DNA of 63,379 bases, counting the filler, from Octopus bimaculoides (Eukaryota), in assembly GCF_001194135.2 (NCBI RefSeq). It is 5 parts of 5 records of this genome, joined end to end, with 100 filler letters (N's around TTAATTAATTAA, not from the genome) between each part and the next. Parts side by side here need not be neighbours in the genome. Positions count along the whole stretch, not along the records: positions 1 to 17,087 come from NC_068991.1; 4 more parts are not named here. The stretch is one strand, 5' to 3'. Positions 1 through 14,112 of the stretch are shown here, piece by piece. Made by a program: the position numbers and the translations under genes. Under the pieces are notes generated by a model. That model was not told where the DNA came from. It saw nothing but the letters and a program-made list of their open reading frames with translations, and did no database searches. Position 1 is the first letter of the stretch, and each line of letters opens with the position of its first letter.

Positions 1-189
1 ATATACATAAGTATTATAAATACATACATACACATACATATATATATATGTGTGTGTGTGAGTGTGTATGTATGTATGTATGTATGTATGTATGTATGCA
101 CGCATGTATGTATGTATGTATGTATGTATGTATGTATGTATGACTATCATACGGGAATAGGGATTTTAAATCTGAGCAAGTACCTTATA

Positions 190-495
190 TGCACTCTGCT
201 ATAATCCCAATCTGGTTAACGCCATCGAATGATTGGAAACATGCAGAACCCCAAGATTCCTAGTTCGATTCCAGGCAGTGACCTGAATAATAATAATAAT
301 CATAATAATAATAATAATAATAATAATAACATCGAAAATACCTTAGGAATGAGAACTCGGGTCCGAAATTTACCCCAAGCCACCCGATGAAGGCAGGAGG
401 GTATATCAGCCGAAACGTTGTGTTAATAACATACGGCATGAGGACAAATATCCCTCAAACGTAAATAATGTAAATAATGTAAATAATGTACATGC
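190..495 (+). mobile_element. Interspersed repeat: B-box-like head, (AAT)n, hammerhead-bearing segment, (TGTAAATAA)n tail
   Basis: agttcgattcc motif near 262. The segment 340-490 matches 18775-18920 on the opposite strand. Confidence 0.65.
379..424 (+). ncRNA. Degenerate hammerhead motif within an interspersed repeat
   Basis: CAC-CCGATGA-AGGCAG-gagggtatat-CAGCC-GAAAC-GTT-GTG. The core CUGA is mutated to CCGA and stem II has a mismatch. Confidence 0.55.
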
Positions 496-639
496 AGCAT
501 TGTTTAATGTAAACAATTAAGCAGCACTTCACACAACAGATAAATCCTGTGGCTTCATTGGATTTCATACATTATACAGAGTATAAAATCAAGACATCAC
601 AAAGAAAGCAGAATTATACAGCTTCAAAAAACTTCTTAA

Positions 640-785
640 CAACCGGTGTTGGTGTGATTATATCCCTGTAAGTTAGCAAATTAGCGGTTCAGCGAAATAT
701 GTCGATGGAATAAGTACCGAGCTTTAAAAAAAACATACTGGGGCCGTTCTGTTCGACTGAAATTCCATAGGGCGGTGCTCGAGAA
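640..785 (+). mobile_element. SINE family A, 3' half
   Basis: ttagcggttc...gaataagtacc...gcggtgctc segment. Confidence 0.7.
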
Positions 786-2111
786 TAATTGATATGTATT
801 GACTATAATAAGTAAACGATAAAAAATAGTTTATTTCTGTAATATGTTGAGATAATTATATTCCTCTAATTGATAACATAACACTTTTTTCTAAGTTGAT
901 TCTAATTTCAAATCTTAATGATTGTGTTATGTCTCAAGCTACTGCTATCTAGCACCTTCGGATTATCTCTACTCAACCGCTACTCGACTGTTACTCAACA
1001 GCTACTCAACACCCTTACCACGGCCAGACTACCTCTATTTATATGTATTGGGCGATCCTACTTCTTCGACGCTTGGGGGCGTCGACACAACAGAAAGAAA
1101 CCCGTGTAGTTTACTTAAACATTGTGATACAAGTGTAAAATGGCCCAACCCGTACAGCACTCAACAGGGCCGGGTCATCATAGACAAGCACTTCCTTATT
1201 CCATTCATTCCTGATGATACGCCTTTGTGCTTCTGTTATATAAAGGTTACCAGACTCTCCTTTTCGCATTGTAAGATCTCCACTTTTAGTATTTTGTCAT
1301 TTTATATCAATGTTTATTGTAGCTCTCGGTGAATGGAGCGCTGATGTGAAAATTGTTACAGACCAAGCAAATATTTCATAGGTTTATTCTGCTGCTTTGA
1401 CTAGTTCTCACAGCAACTGTCTGCAAACGAAGATCTTTACAAGCGACGAAATCCTCATAACGATCGTTTTAAATGACGTAATAAACGCTTAGCCTGTCAA
1501 TGTATATCTATGAGCAGCTGAATGCTAGAACGCTAACTATATTTAGAGAAAATGTGAAAGATATTATGTTTCCCAATGTTCCATTCTTTTTAGCGAAGGC
1601 ATGTGGCCGTACGGTCATGAGTTCAATTCCCGATGATTCGCTGTATCCTTGGGACAAACACTTTATTTTACGTTGCTCCAGTCCACTCAGCTGGTAAAAA
1701 TGAGTTGTAACCGTAATTGAAAGGGCTTACCTCGTCACACTCTATGCCACGCTGAATCTCCTTAACTATCTTAAGGGTACACGTTTCTGTGGAGTGCTCA
1801 GCCACTTGCGCGTCAACTTCACGTGCGGGCCGTTCCGTTGATCGGATCAACTGGAACCCTCGCCGTCAAATCGACGGAATACTAGCTATGTACCTCTATA
1901 TTATTGAGGTATATCTCAATTCTCCATTTCTATTTAGTTCTCTGTTAATCGCTTTGCACAAAATGTTTCGAAATATTTGCGAAAATATTCAAACAATTAC
2001 TATATGCGTGTCTCCTTGTGTATGTATATAATTGTCATTCTATCTGTTTCTCTCTCTCCCTTTATCACTCTTACTTACCCTCTATCTCCCCCTCTCTGTA
2101 TATATTTATAT

Positions 2112-2174
<63 letters not shown>

Positions 2175-2549
2175 NNNNNNNNNNNNNNNNNNNNNNNNNN
2201 NNNNNNNNNNNNNNNNNNNNNNNNNNNNNNNNNNNNNNNNNNNNNNNNNNNNNNNNNNNNNNNNNNNNNNNNNNNNNNNNNNNNNNNNNNNNNNNNNNNN
2301 NNNNNNNNNNNNNNNNNNNNNNNNNNNNNNNNNNNNNNNNNNNNNNNNNNNNNNNNNNNNNNNNNNNNNNNNNNNNNNNNNNNNNNNNNNNNNNNNNNNN
2401 NNNNNNNNNNNNNNNNNNNNNNNNNNNNNNNNNNNNNNNNNNNNNNNNNNNNNNNNNNNNNNNNNNNNNNNNNNNNNNNNNNNNNNNNNNNNNNNNNNNN
2501 NNNNNNNNNNNNNNNNNNNNNNNNNNNNNNNNNNNNNNNNNNNNNNNNN

Positions 2550-2592
<43 letters not shown>

Positions 2593-3659
2593 ATATATAT
2601 ATATACGTATATATATACCGACATGCACACATTCATAAACCCTTTTAAATGAGAAATACGAAACTATACATTGGTTTGCTTTACATTAATATGCATGCTT
2701 TTATTAACGCTGGAAGCTTTATTATTTTTTGCTCTTTATATATTTTTACCCTGTATTTGTATTTTTCACCCAGACTGTAATATCTTTCTTTCTTATGTAA
2801 TTATATACTGTAGCATATTATTAATTTCTCACATAACTGACATTGCTACAGAACGAAAACGTGAGTAGATTGAAATCCTTAGATATCACCGATATATTAT
2901 TGTTTCCTGTACGAAGGGCATTCATTATAATTTCACGTAATATGATAACACCTTTCTCAAAGGCATGCCTATCACAGCTGCTTCCTGATATTTGTTCGCA
3001 ATAGACTAGACTGAAAACAAAATGGCCGTCATTCGTAATTGATGTTGCTACTGTTATTACGTTTTTTTCTTCTTGTTATTGCTGCTGTTTATCCCAAAGG
3101 CAGCTTCGATTGAGCATACAAATGATCATTGGTGTTCCAGTTTTGACCGTCACCTATTTCTCTATATCGATTATTACGTTTTCATTGTCTTTTTTTTTTA
3201 TTTCCTTCTTTGTGTGTATATGTGTGTGTGCGGGTGCGTGTGCGTTTTTGTGTGAAAGTGTGTGTGTTTATGTTTGCGTCTGCGTATCCATGTGTGTGTG
3301 CGTGTGTGTGTGTATGATGCTAAGATGTTATTTGAAAGAATTTGATTGTTATTATTAGATGGTTGAACGTTGTCATTCAAGACATGGCATGTTAGTTACT
3401 GCTTTAATGCTGAATAATAGCAGGCAGGAGCGTGGCAGCAATGACATGTCTCGCACGACATACGGCAACAGACAAATCTGAATCTTCGTAAATGCCTATG
3501 ACATAACACTGAAATACACGTACCCCATGATGGTACTGGGATAAACGGTTCTGTGTTACGACAGTCATTACAAATTTGGCTATAATCCAACGCTCTACTG
3601 CTTCTTTTCTCTGCACTCTTGAATTCAGTGTAAGATCAAATTTTCATTCTTCATATTAG

Positions 3660-3841
3660 CGCAAGTGTGGCTGTGTGGCAATGACTTTGTTTCCCAACCG
3701 CGCGGTTCCCGGTTCAGTCCTACTTCGTGGTACCGAGAGCAAAGGTTTGCACTATGGCCCTTCGGCTAACCAAAACCTTATGAGCAGATTTGGTATATGG
3801 CAATTGAAAAAAACCGTCGTATATACGTATATGCATATATA

Positions 3842-3898
<57 letters not shown>

Positions 3899-4125
3899 GT
3901 GTGTCTTTTTCCTTGCGTGCGTGTTTTTGCCTGCCTTTGTCCCCACAACCGTTTGACAACCGGTGTTGTGGTTTGGCAAAAGCTACCCCTACTGGAATAA
4001 GTACCAGGCTTTACAAAAATATAAACTGAGATCGATTCGCTCGACTAACATTCTTGAAGTCGGTGCTCCGGCATGGCTGCGGTGTAATGACTGAGTCAAA
4101 TAAAAAATGAAAGACGAAAGATAAA
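3660..4125 (+). mobile_element. tRNA-derived SINE family A, near full length, with internal (TG)n
   Basis: A/B-box-like head (tggctgtgtgg...ggttcagtcc) and body shared with more than 10 copies in the window. Confidence 0.85.
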
Positions 4126-5089
4126 GAAGATACCAGTGAAGTATTAGCCATTCCTTCCTCTCTCTTTTTAGTTCTCTTTCTCTCTGTTGGTTCTTTCTTG
4201 CATTCTGGAACAACGCAACATAAGAACAATTGCGGGAAGTCTTTTTCTTCGAATATCAAAATTGGATTGAGCAAATGTTTCTCATAGGAGGACTGATATG
4301 CTCTAAGAACCTTCCGTGGTTGTATGTATGTGTTACACAGTAGCAACTGGAAAAAGAGAAAGAGAAATATATACAGCTACTACCGTATACCAAAGTTAAC
4401 TACTTTCAATTCGTTGCTTAGCTCACTCCAACTCTATTTTCAACTCTTATATATAACCTTACCTCGTAGCTTATTAACTGCTATGCAGTCGCAAGCACAG
4501 TTGAGTACCTGAGAAATCCATTTGCAATTGCGTGATTCTCGATTTGATCTTGAGACGTTGTCTCCTATGCTATTATATTCCACAACGTCATGTGAGTAAA
4601 ATATTATTGTGGTAATTGTGTGAAAGATCCCAGTATATCTCCTGGCGATGTACATCGGCAGATAATATAAAGAACGGCGAGAAAACCAATAAAACTGTAC
4701 CCTTAATTACAAGTATTTTCTGGATTTTGTTCTATTCCCTTGTCACTCTTGTCATCATAATTTCAATGAAGCATTTATTGAACATTCGATTAACAGGTAA
4801 CCGATAAATCCATCCTCCACAAAATGGGATAGAAAGTAAAATAAACAAATAGCCAAAGTTAGATAATGCCTCAAAATAACATATTGGCTGTCGTTAGTTT
4901 CTAATGTATGCTAATACTAAAACGTTTTATTCTTTAACTGGAGACGACAAACCGTAGTTTTGTTCGTCTATTCATAATGTAACGAAGTGGTAAGCTATAT
5001 CTTAACTGAATAAGGTGTGAAGGCGCCAGAGATTATAGTTAAGGCACTATGCTAATTACGCTGAATCGGATGGTGCGTTACGTTTTTAA

Positions 5090-5964
5090 AAAACTAATCC
5101 ATACAGTTTAGGTGATCCGAAAAGGGTTCATTTGGCTCCTCAACCTATAAAGCGTGGCTTCAGGAAGCTATTCGTAAATCCTTTTCCACAGGAGGGAGAG
5201 AGCTTTAAGTATTAGCGGAGCAAGTTTCCTGCTCTATTAGAATCCAAGGCTGAAGAGGGTGTATATGTAGGACTAGCTATAAGGAAATTCTTCAAGGATG
5301 AACATTTTGAAAACTCTCTTAATGATTCTAAAACGATGGATTAGTTTTGAAGATGTGATGAAGAACATCTTGGGTAACCACAAATATCCAAACTACAAAA
5401 CATAGTTGGAAGAACGCTGGAAAATTTGTGTCCTTAGGATGTAAAATAAGCATTAAAGTTCATTTCCTAGAAACCCATTTGGATTTCTGTCCGGGAAATG
5501 TGAAGCATGTGAGTGAGGAGCAGATGTAAATGTTTCGTTAACGCCTAAAGGAGATGTAGAAAGATATCGGAAAGGATGGAATGGCAATATTATGATCGAC
5601 TACTGCCAGATAGTGCTTCATGAATGTCTATCACACATGAAAGTGTTCCAAACGTATTTTCTAAGTGTGAAAGAAGAGACTTTGAGGTGTTGAACGTAAA
5701 AAATAAACAGAATCCTTATAAAAGTCTGCTCTGTTAACTTTCAAATGCATTTGCGCCATTTTATTTTGCTAAATATAGTACCAAATTCATTTTTATTATA
5801 TTCATTTTGTCCAACCATATGTCATCATTAAATTGTGCGAAAGCCTTCGGTAATGTGTAAAAGCTTTTTTGATATTTTGAATTAGCACCACAGAAATATC
5901 AATAGATAAAGTAACATACAAATATCAAAGCTACTTTCAAAATATTCCATGTCGCAGACCTGTG
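5090..5964 (+). mobile_element. Decayed DNA-transposon transposase, 3' part, probably CMC/Chapaev-3-like
   Basis: Frame fragments LAPQPIKRGFRKLFV, GCKISIKVHFLETHLDFCPGNVKHVSEEQ and RYRKGWNGNIMIDYC resemble a recalled transposase C-terminus. Putative right end in GTG at 5964. Many stops and frameshifts. Confidence 0.7.
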
Positions 5965-6824
5965 TTATTTGTAAAAGACCAACATAATTTAACTCTTTGT
6001 GGAGTAATCTAATATTCTGTTAATTCTTTACGGGTGTTGTCATTTACTTCTTCACACAGCCCAAGAAACAAATCTTCATTCCTAAACTCAACCATCATCG
6101 CCTCAGTCCAGTCAATAAAATCCACTCACGACAAATCTACATCGAAATATATTGTGTATCCTAAAATCGAATCCTTACCTATCAAGTGTTCGGTGAAAAG
6201 CTTATTTCTGTGTTGGCTATAAACCAGAAACAGAATATAATTCTGAATATCGATAGTTTGTGGAGACATAATGAGATAACGGGATTATTTGCCGTTTACA
6301 TTGTCCTGTTCACAATATGGTGTATATAAATGACGTCATAAGAAAATAACTTTAAACTGGAAAATACTGTGAGCAGCATAGCTCCGGAATGCAACATTTT
6401 CTCTTATTTAAATTTCGGTATTGAGATAATATAATTAATTGTAATTTCTACGTTGTCCTGTATTTCTGTTTCCGTTTTGATTTTTTTTAAATATTTCTTT
6501 TATTTAAACAGACGATTGATCGGTAGCATTAAGTCACCGATGTGATATACATATTAGATACTTCTGCCTGGTTGTTTTACAAGCAGAGTTTCTCAACAAA
6601 AAAGATGTACTTAAATGATTACAAGTTAACTTTCTTCTATTCAAACGAAGGAAGAATGTCTCTTCCCTCTTGCTCAGTATCTGAGTCAGTAAGTCGACAA
6701 TTTCTAAACGTTTTATTTAGTACTGCACCAGTAATACGTTTACGGCACTGCATTATAGTTCACTTCATAATGAGGTTGTAGGGTTTTCTATTTCTCTTTC
6801 TTTCAACATACAGGTATATTTGTA

Positions 6825-7580
6825 CAATGGAAAGGAAATTCAGAAACTTCTGGATGTAATGGTTAGAGAAAGTGAGAGGAAGCGTATGTTCCTAAATTTC
6901 AAGAAGACACAGATTATGGTGGTGACAACGAAAGGTAGTCCAAAGTGCTTGTTGAAAGTGAACAATCATATCATTAAGCAGGTATCATCCTTCAACGACC
7001 TTACAACTTTTATCGCAGAAGATGCAAGATGTGTGAAGAGATCAAAAGTACAGTGCTGGCAGAATATGCTTTCTGAAAATTGTGTGCTCTGAGCATCAGT
7101 ACCGAGCTCCCTATATTGAACTGCTGTGTCTACCCTGTATTAATGTATGGATGTGAAGCATGGTTTAGGACATCAGGAATGAGAAAGTGCTCGGAGAGGT
7201 GTGGAATGTGCTTCTTTATGAAAATATTGAGGATAGCATGAACAAAGTGTCTAAAGAAATGATGATTCGGGCAACGTTAAGTAAGAAACTGCTTCGTGAG
7301 GAAAGACTCAAGTAACTGAGATTTCTTGGTTGCGTGATCAGGAGAGAGGGCCTGGAAAGTTAGCGATGACCAGAAAGAATGAAGGGGAAAAAGCAGAGGA
7401 AGGAGAAGGATGATATGGATGTCAAGATTGACAAACTGGTTGGAAGAAAGTGACATTAAATACCAGGAAGTTGAACTGTTACAGAAAACAAATAACAGAG
7501 AATTGTGACATGACATGACAATCTATTTCTTACATTCTGGACATGGCACCCAAAGAAGATGATGTGATGAAGAATTATTA
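6825..7580 (+). mobile_element. 5'-truncated, decayed RTE-clade LINE (RT C-terminus and 3' end)
   Basis: LNFKKTQIMV...IKQVSSF, CVYPVLMYGCEAW and ILRI motifs, followed by a gaagatgat-type tail. Confidence 0.8.
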
Positions 7581-7707
7581 CAAAACCTCAATGCATGTGT
7601 CGGTATTATGAAACCGACTTCAAATGTATCTTACGTCTACTTTTTCCTCTATGATTGCTCTTGTGTTTGTGTGCATGAGTGCGTATACGTGTGTGTGTGT
7701 GTGTGTG

Positions 7708-7742
<35 letters not shown>

Positions 7743-9636
7743 CTGTGTGTGTCTGTGTGTGCATGTAAATGTCTAGGTCAAGATACTGCCGTTAGACGGT
7801 GCTTCCAATCGTGTTTTCGCCCATTCACTCACATGTGAAGTTGTTCTGATTTATCATCGAGCATTTCTGTCTACTAAATTGTCTGCATCTCATAGAAACT
7901 TCAGAGTTAAAAAAAAAAAAACACACATGAAATAATACAATATACTTCTTCGACCGTATCTGCATTCCAGTGGATATACATTTATGTGCGTGTGTGTGTA
8001 TGTTGAAAATATTTTTGATGGAAATATTTTTGATGCATTAAGTAATGCTGGGCATTGGGAATACGAAATAAGGTATTAAATTTCAGATTCAAGAAAATTT
8101 ATTTTATTTTATTTTATCTTATTTAAATCTAGAATATACGATAACTCTTTTTATAATGCGTTTCTGATATTTAAGAATTTCGTCTTACATTTTGTTTGCT
8201 TTTATTTTTTTTTTTTATTTTCTTCATATTATAATCTAAAATAAATTTCACTTAAGTTTCATTGCTGCACGAATGTTTCATGTCTCCCTTGTAATGTAAC
8301 CTAATGTTATGAGCTATTATGAAGTTATTGCGTATGAGATTTTCTTTTTACTTTCATTGAGGCTCAAGTAACAGATTTGTTTAAGAAAATATTCTAATGA
8401 AAAGAAGCTAGTATATTAACAGATAACGTTGATTATCAGTTACGTTGAAAATAACCAAATTATTGCTCTCTAAACGAAAGGAATTGTTTTCTTCTTTTCT
8501 AATAAACCGAGAACCTGATATTTATATAAAGATAAAAAACAAGGCAGAATTTTTGTGTTCGTTTCTGTTTATTTCTTGAATTCTTTTTCTCAGTCTTTTA
8601 TTAAATAGAAATTAAAATAAAGACATATTCCGAGCGATTGATACACAAGACAATTCGATGTTTTATACGAACAATAAAAGTATAAGTGGCGAGAATGAGG
8701 AAAAAATACTGGAGTTTGTCAAATTTATTTGATTGACCGAAATGTTAATGTCCATTTCACATTTTTTACAAATGAAATTAATATAAGGTTGTAATTTCTA
8801 TAGAAAACTCTTAAAGCTTGTAAAGGCTGTTTAGATGTATTTGACTTTCAAAATTTAGTTGTCTTTGTGTTTGTGCGTATTTTAACATAAAAGAAACAGA
8901 AACTGTGTCGATTATTCAATTCACAAATACAAGATGAAACCTGTGTCGCCATTTTATTGTTACAATTGTTAGAATTATGTTTTTTGTTTCTTGTGCTATT
9001 TTCATTAATATAATTCACTTCATTATTTCAATTCATAGCTCTTCACTATACCAGGATTCCGTATGATGCAGTTTACAACAATACGTGGTGAAGTTCGAAG
9101 AAACATCTGAAGGCATCGCTAGAAATGTTTATTTTAAATACAAAAATATTACTGTATATCATGCCTTATTTAATTGTTATTTTTTTAAAATTAATTCTCA
9201 AATAAATAAACGAATACCTGACAGAAATTATCTCTAGAACAACGAAAGAAGAAACCTAGAACTCGTTTTAGTTTAACGGGTTAAATAATTAGCTGGGTCA
9301 TACTATTCGAAATTGCATTAATATCTTTTTCTGGGTGATGGGGTATCAAATAAGGATAGGAGTACTTTCTGATGAGGTGTATTTCAATGTGAATGAAGTT
9401 TTGGACAACTTCATGGTCAGCCATTTGAGGGAGGCAGGCAAGTTGATTATCGAGTCCAAAACTTCACGGCTATTTCAATTTATTGACCCAAAAGAATGAC
9501 ACGCAAAGTTGGCATCGTCGGGCTTTCAGCTCAGAACAAAAAAAAAACAAAAAAAAACAGAAGAAACGATGCTAGGCATCTGCTTTTTCGGTGTGCTCAC
9601 AATTTTCACCGCAGCAGCAGCAACAACAACAACAAC

Positions 9637-9667
<31 letters not shown>

Positions 9668-9671
9668 TTAA

Positions 9672-9733
<62 letters not shown>

Positions 9734-10103
9734 ATAATGATAATAATAATAATACATGAAGAAAGGTATGGGTGGACGTGGGCTGATTGGCGTATGTGGG
9801 TCCATCAACAGTGAAAGAAAAACATGGCTGAATGCTTGGTAAAGAAAACCTGCTACAATATGCTGCTAGGGCAGAAGGAGCTAACAAAAATTGACTTGCG
9901 ATTGCTCAGAACAGCAAACGAAATAGAAGAAACCCTACTCTGTGTGGAATTTTATTGTCAGTTCCACCGTGAAACCAACAAATTAAAAGAGGTCGATAAA
10001 TTAAGTATCAGTAAAACACTGGAGTCGATGTAATCGACTTATCCACTTCTTCAAAAAACTGTTGCCCTTGTGGCAAAATTTGAAATCATTATTAAATAAA
10101 GAA

Positions 10104-10168
<65 letters not shown>

Positions 10169-10173
10169 CATCA

Positions 10174-10228
<55 letters not shown>

Positions 10229-10949
10229 CATTATTATTATTGTTGCTGTTGTTGTTGTTATTGTTATTTCTATTCTTCTTCTTAGGACGCGGAATTAAAA
10301 CTATGATCCGTGAACAGATGGAAACGATATTTACTTTTCATATTGTTATGCGCAGTAATATAATACCTTCAATAACATTTGTGAAGTAGAGTTGAAAGTA
10401 AGAACGTAAGAGAAAATAGATAACACAATGCTTTTACTATTAACTGTATTACAGAAAATTGGTGTCTTTTGCTTTGCTGATATCTAATTGTAAGCAATAT
10501 CATCTTAGCGTCTTTTAATCGGTTAATCACCATCAAACATTTATATAACAGATGTTATATCGTAAAAGATAAAAGATGTAGGGTAAAATTTTAATGGTAG
10601 AATGATGTGGAAAAGGTAAGATGTAATATAGGTAAAATGTATTTCTGTTGAAGGGAACAATGTAACTTGTCTCCGATGTGTTCTGATTGGTAAATCGTAA
10701 AGTCGTATACAGAACAAATTAAGAGCGAGGTCTTGTTTCGAAGTGAGGGGGCTTCATTTAGGGTTAGGCTCTAGCACTGATGATCGTAACACTGTGTGTT
10801 TGATTCCCTGAAGACCGCAGAATACACACACGTACAGGCAACCAAACACACATATATACACACTAACACACACACACATGATACGATGTGTGAGCGGACG
10901 ATATATATATAGAATGAGAATGAAATGCATATCAATTGTTATATCGCAG

Positions 10950-11880
10950 AAAGCGCGTGACCAGTTGGTTAAGGTATTGGCCAGTGGTTTCCAGTCCCGA
11001 ATCCGGCAGTGAGATGTGTTCTTAAGCAAAACATTTCATTTCGCGTTGTTGAAGCCCACTCATCTGTAAATGCGACGGACTGACTTCCGGTTCAGGAGGC
11101 AATGTTTTGATTTCGATCGCTATACGGCATGAGGATCAGGTAACCTGCCATCTGAACCCCAGACAATAATATCCAGCGAAGTTTTTAGGTTCGAATCAAA
11201 TGATATTTAAAGAAATGTTTAGATCAAATAGAACGTAGGTGAATTAAACACACATGCACACACACATGCATGCACACACATATATATGTTGAAGGCACAT
11301 GACTCAGTGGTTAGAGCGTCATGCCCCCAATCATGAGGTAGTGAGTTCGATTACCAAACCGGGCTGTATGTTGTATCCTTTATTTCATTTTGCTCCAGTT
11401 CACTCAGCTGTAGAAATGAGTTATAATATCGCTAGTGCCAAGCTGTATCAACCTTTGTCATCAGTGGTGTGGAGAATGGAGTCTGGCATGCCTAGGTGAC
11501 TGCTGCTCTTCCATAAATAACCTTACCCGGGTTTGTACTTTGGCGGGGAGATTTCTAGGTGTAATCCCATGGTTTATCACGGTACCGACCAGACTATCGG
11601 ATCTTGCTATGTATCGCTGGTCTCAGTACGCTTTGCATCGTTTTTTTAACTTTCAAATGATGCCAACACACTGGCTTGACGAGCAGGCCAACATTCCCCT
11701 TGATCGGAAGAATATTCCATCACAATGTCACCCATTTATAGCTGAATGAACAAGGACAACGTGAAATGATGCCGTTTGCTCAAGAAAATAACGATCCACC
11801 CTGTCCAAGAAATGAAACCATCATCTCGTGACCGTGAGTGCAACACCCCTAACCACTGGACCAGACTTTGCTGTCTCGCA
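10950..11880. mobile_element. Cluster of tRNA-derived SINE family C copies (plus strand at about 10950 and 11290, minus strand at about 11640-11870)
   Basis: cagtggttagagc...gagttcgatt heads and atttcacgttgctccagt.cactcagctg bodies. Further copies at about 1585-1710, 13410-13720 and 40020-40090. Confidence 0.75.
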
Positions 11881-12173
11881 CATATATAATTGTCCTGTGA
11901 CCCAATACCACCCAGGATCGAATCTCTCCTGCCCAAATAGTCTTTTAAGAGACCAATTATTTTATGCTGTATATTGTAACATATAACTTTATTAGATAAA
12001 AAGACTTTTCAATCGATAATTGTTTTCATTGTAAACAATTGATCTCGTCAGGAAATGAAAAATTGTAGCGATGAGTCAAGCTTATAACACTTTGACACAT
12101 AAAAACATTAAAACACACATGCTCGTATACACGCCTGTATATACGCTTTCAAACCATATATANNNNNNNNNNG

Positions 12174-12206
<33 letters not shown>

Positions 12207-12382
12207 ATGTATATATTTATATATACATACGTACATATATATAAATATACAATCTATCATATGTATATTTATATGTGTGTGTATATGTATGTGCATATAT
12301 AAATACATATACATATATACGTATATATATAATATATATGTATATACACATATATGTGTATACATATATGTATATATATATG

Positions 12383-12469
<87 letters not shown>

Positions 12470-14112
12470 TACAATACGCAAATCAATAGACAGTGGATAC
12501 TCACATGCAACTTTCTGTATATTGGTGGTGACGCACCATTCATACACAGACGGCACGCAAACACACAAGCACCCCTTCACTCAGACAAACACACTCACAC
12601 ACGTATGTACATTTTACTTAACTCTGTCTATGGGTGTTTGTGTGTGTATATATTTACGTATGTATATGTGTGTCTGTATGTACGTGTCCTGTATCTATTG
12701 GATGATGTATTGTACTAAATGTTTGTAAGGTTTCAAATAATGGCCAGGCAGCAAACGAAATAATGTTTGAGAAAATTAAATGTTTCCGGCGGTCGAAACT
12801 ACGAATGAATACAAATAGTAATATGATTAAATGTCCAAGTGATTTGAAAATTCCGCTGCCATTTTGCATAGGTTTTTGTTTTGTCTTATCTTTTTATTTC
12901 TACTATCTTCATTTTTGTTGTTATTTATTTCTTTTTTCTAACACACAGAAAAAAAAAGAACAAAATTACGTTTGATTTGATATTTGGTTCAGAGAAACAT
13001 AATAAATCGGAATAATGACATGAGAACTTAGAAGTGATAAGTAATCTAAATTGTATTTTTTGAGTACTTGAAATCAAGATGGGATTACAGTAACATGACC
13101 GCTCTGGTGACAAACGCCGAAGCCAAAACAGACTTTTATGATTAGAAAAAAATAGCCAGTTACACATACATGCAAACACACGCAACATAACATGAACGAA
13201 CTATATTGTCTCTATGTTCCGACTGCCTCATTAAAACTAAGTCAACGCCGAAACAATGGTGATACTTGCGCTTGAAATAGAGGTGTTTGGTGAATGCCCA
13301 TGTACTCTGTGTTACCCTTGTAACCCGATCCGAATGTTTGGCCCCAACTAATTCTATAGGATTTCAATTAAAATATGTCAACTTAATGTAACACATGTCG
13401 TGAAAGATGTGAAGGCGCGTGGCCTAGAGTTTAGGCACGTTGGTACTGGCGATCGTAAGATCATGGTTTCGATTCGCAGACCAGCCAGCTGCGCGTCGTG
13501 TTCTAGAGCAAAACACTTCATTTCACGTTGCCGCAGTCCACTGAGCTGTAAATGGATAACCATCCGACAGTACTAGTCCTCCGATCAGGGGGAAATGTAG
13601 GCTTTCCGATTAACTAGCTGAGTATATATATCATTCAAAAGTTAAAATGATGCAAAGCACTGTATGTCCAGCCATGTGTAACATCCGATAGTCTTGTCGA
13701 TCATGTGACCAGCGAAGAACTCATCTCCAGATGTTCGCTCCCTTTGCTAGAATTTACCGCGACATTTTCTTTAAGTTTCATAGTAAAGATCTAAATTAAC
13801 AAAAACAGAATTGAGTCAATTCCTCAAACGATATTACAGCATATCGCAAAAACAGAAAAAATGCAATTGTCACAGTTTCCCAGCATTTGGTCATAGACTT
13901 TCTCAAACGGAGCAGACTAGAGGGTCAACGAAGAATAAGAAAACACATTGTCTATAACCCATCTCTGAGTTACTCGATATTAAAATTATTAAAACCTCAA
14001 TGACGAATTTCAATTATATATACACAGGTAGGATTGCTTATGCATGTTCTGACGTAGTACGTATTTGAAACGTTTAAGTTATGTTCAAGTTATGTTCAAA
14101 TTTAATATGAAA

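Noticed and set aside
1977-2652. Long ORFs rich in YI, CV, HT, poly-X, poly-I or poly-L here and throughout the track
   Set aside because: They are translations of microsatellites and N gaps.
3660-3735. tRNA-like heads here and at about 11290, 13410 and 14113 as tRNA genes
   Set aside because: No complete cloverleaf. They continue into multi-copy SINE bodies.
8020-9960. Short open frames with occasional splice-like signals (about 8020-8073, 9055-9090, 9340-9500, 9824-9960)
   Set aside because: I could not assemble them into a phase-consistent model or recognise a family.
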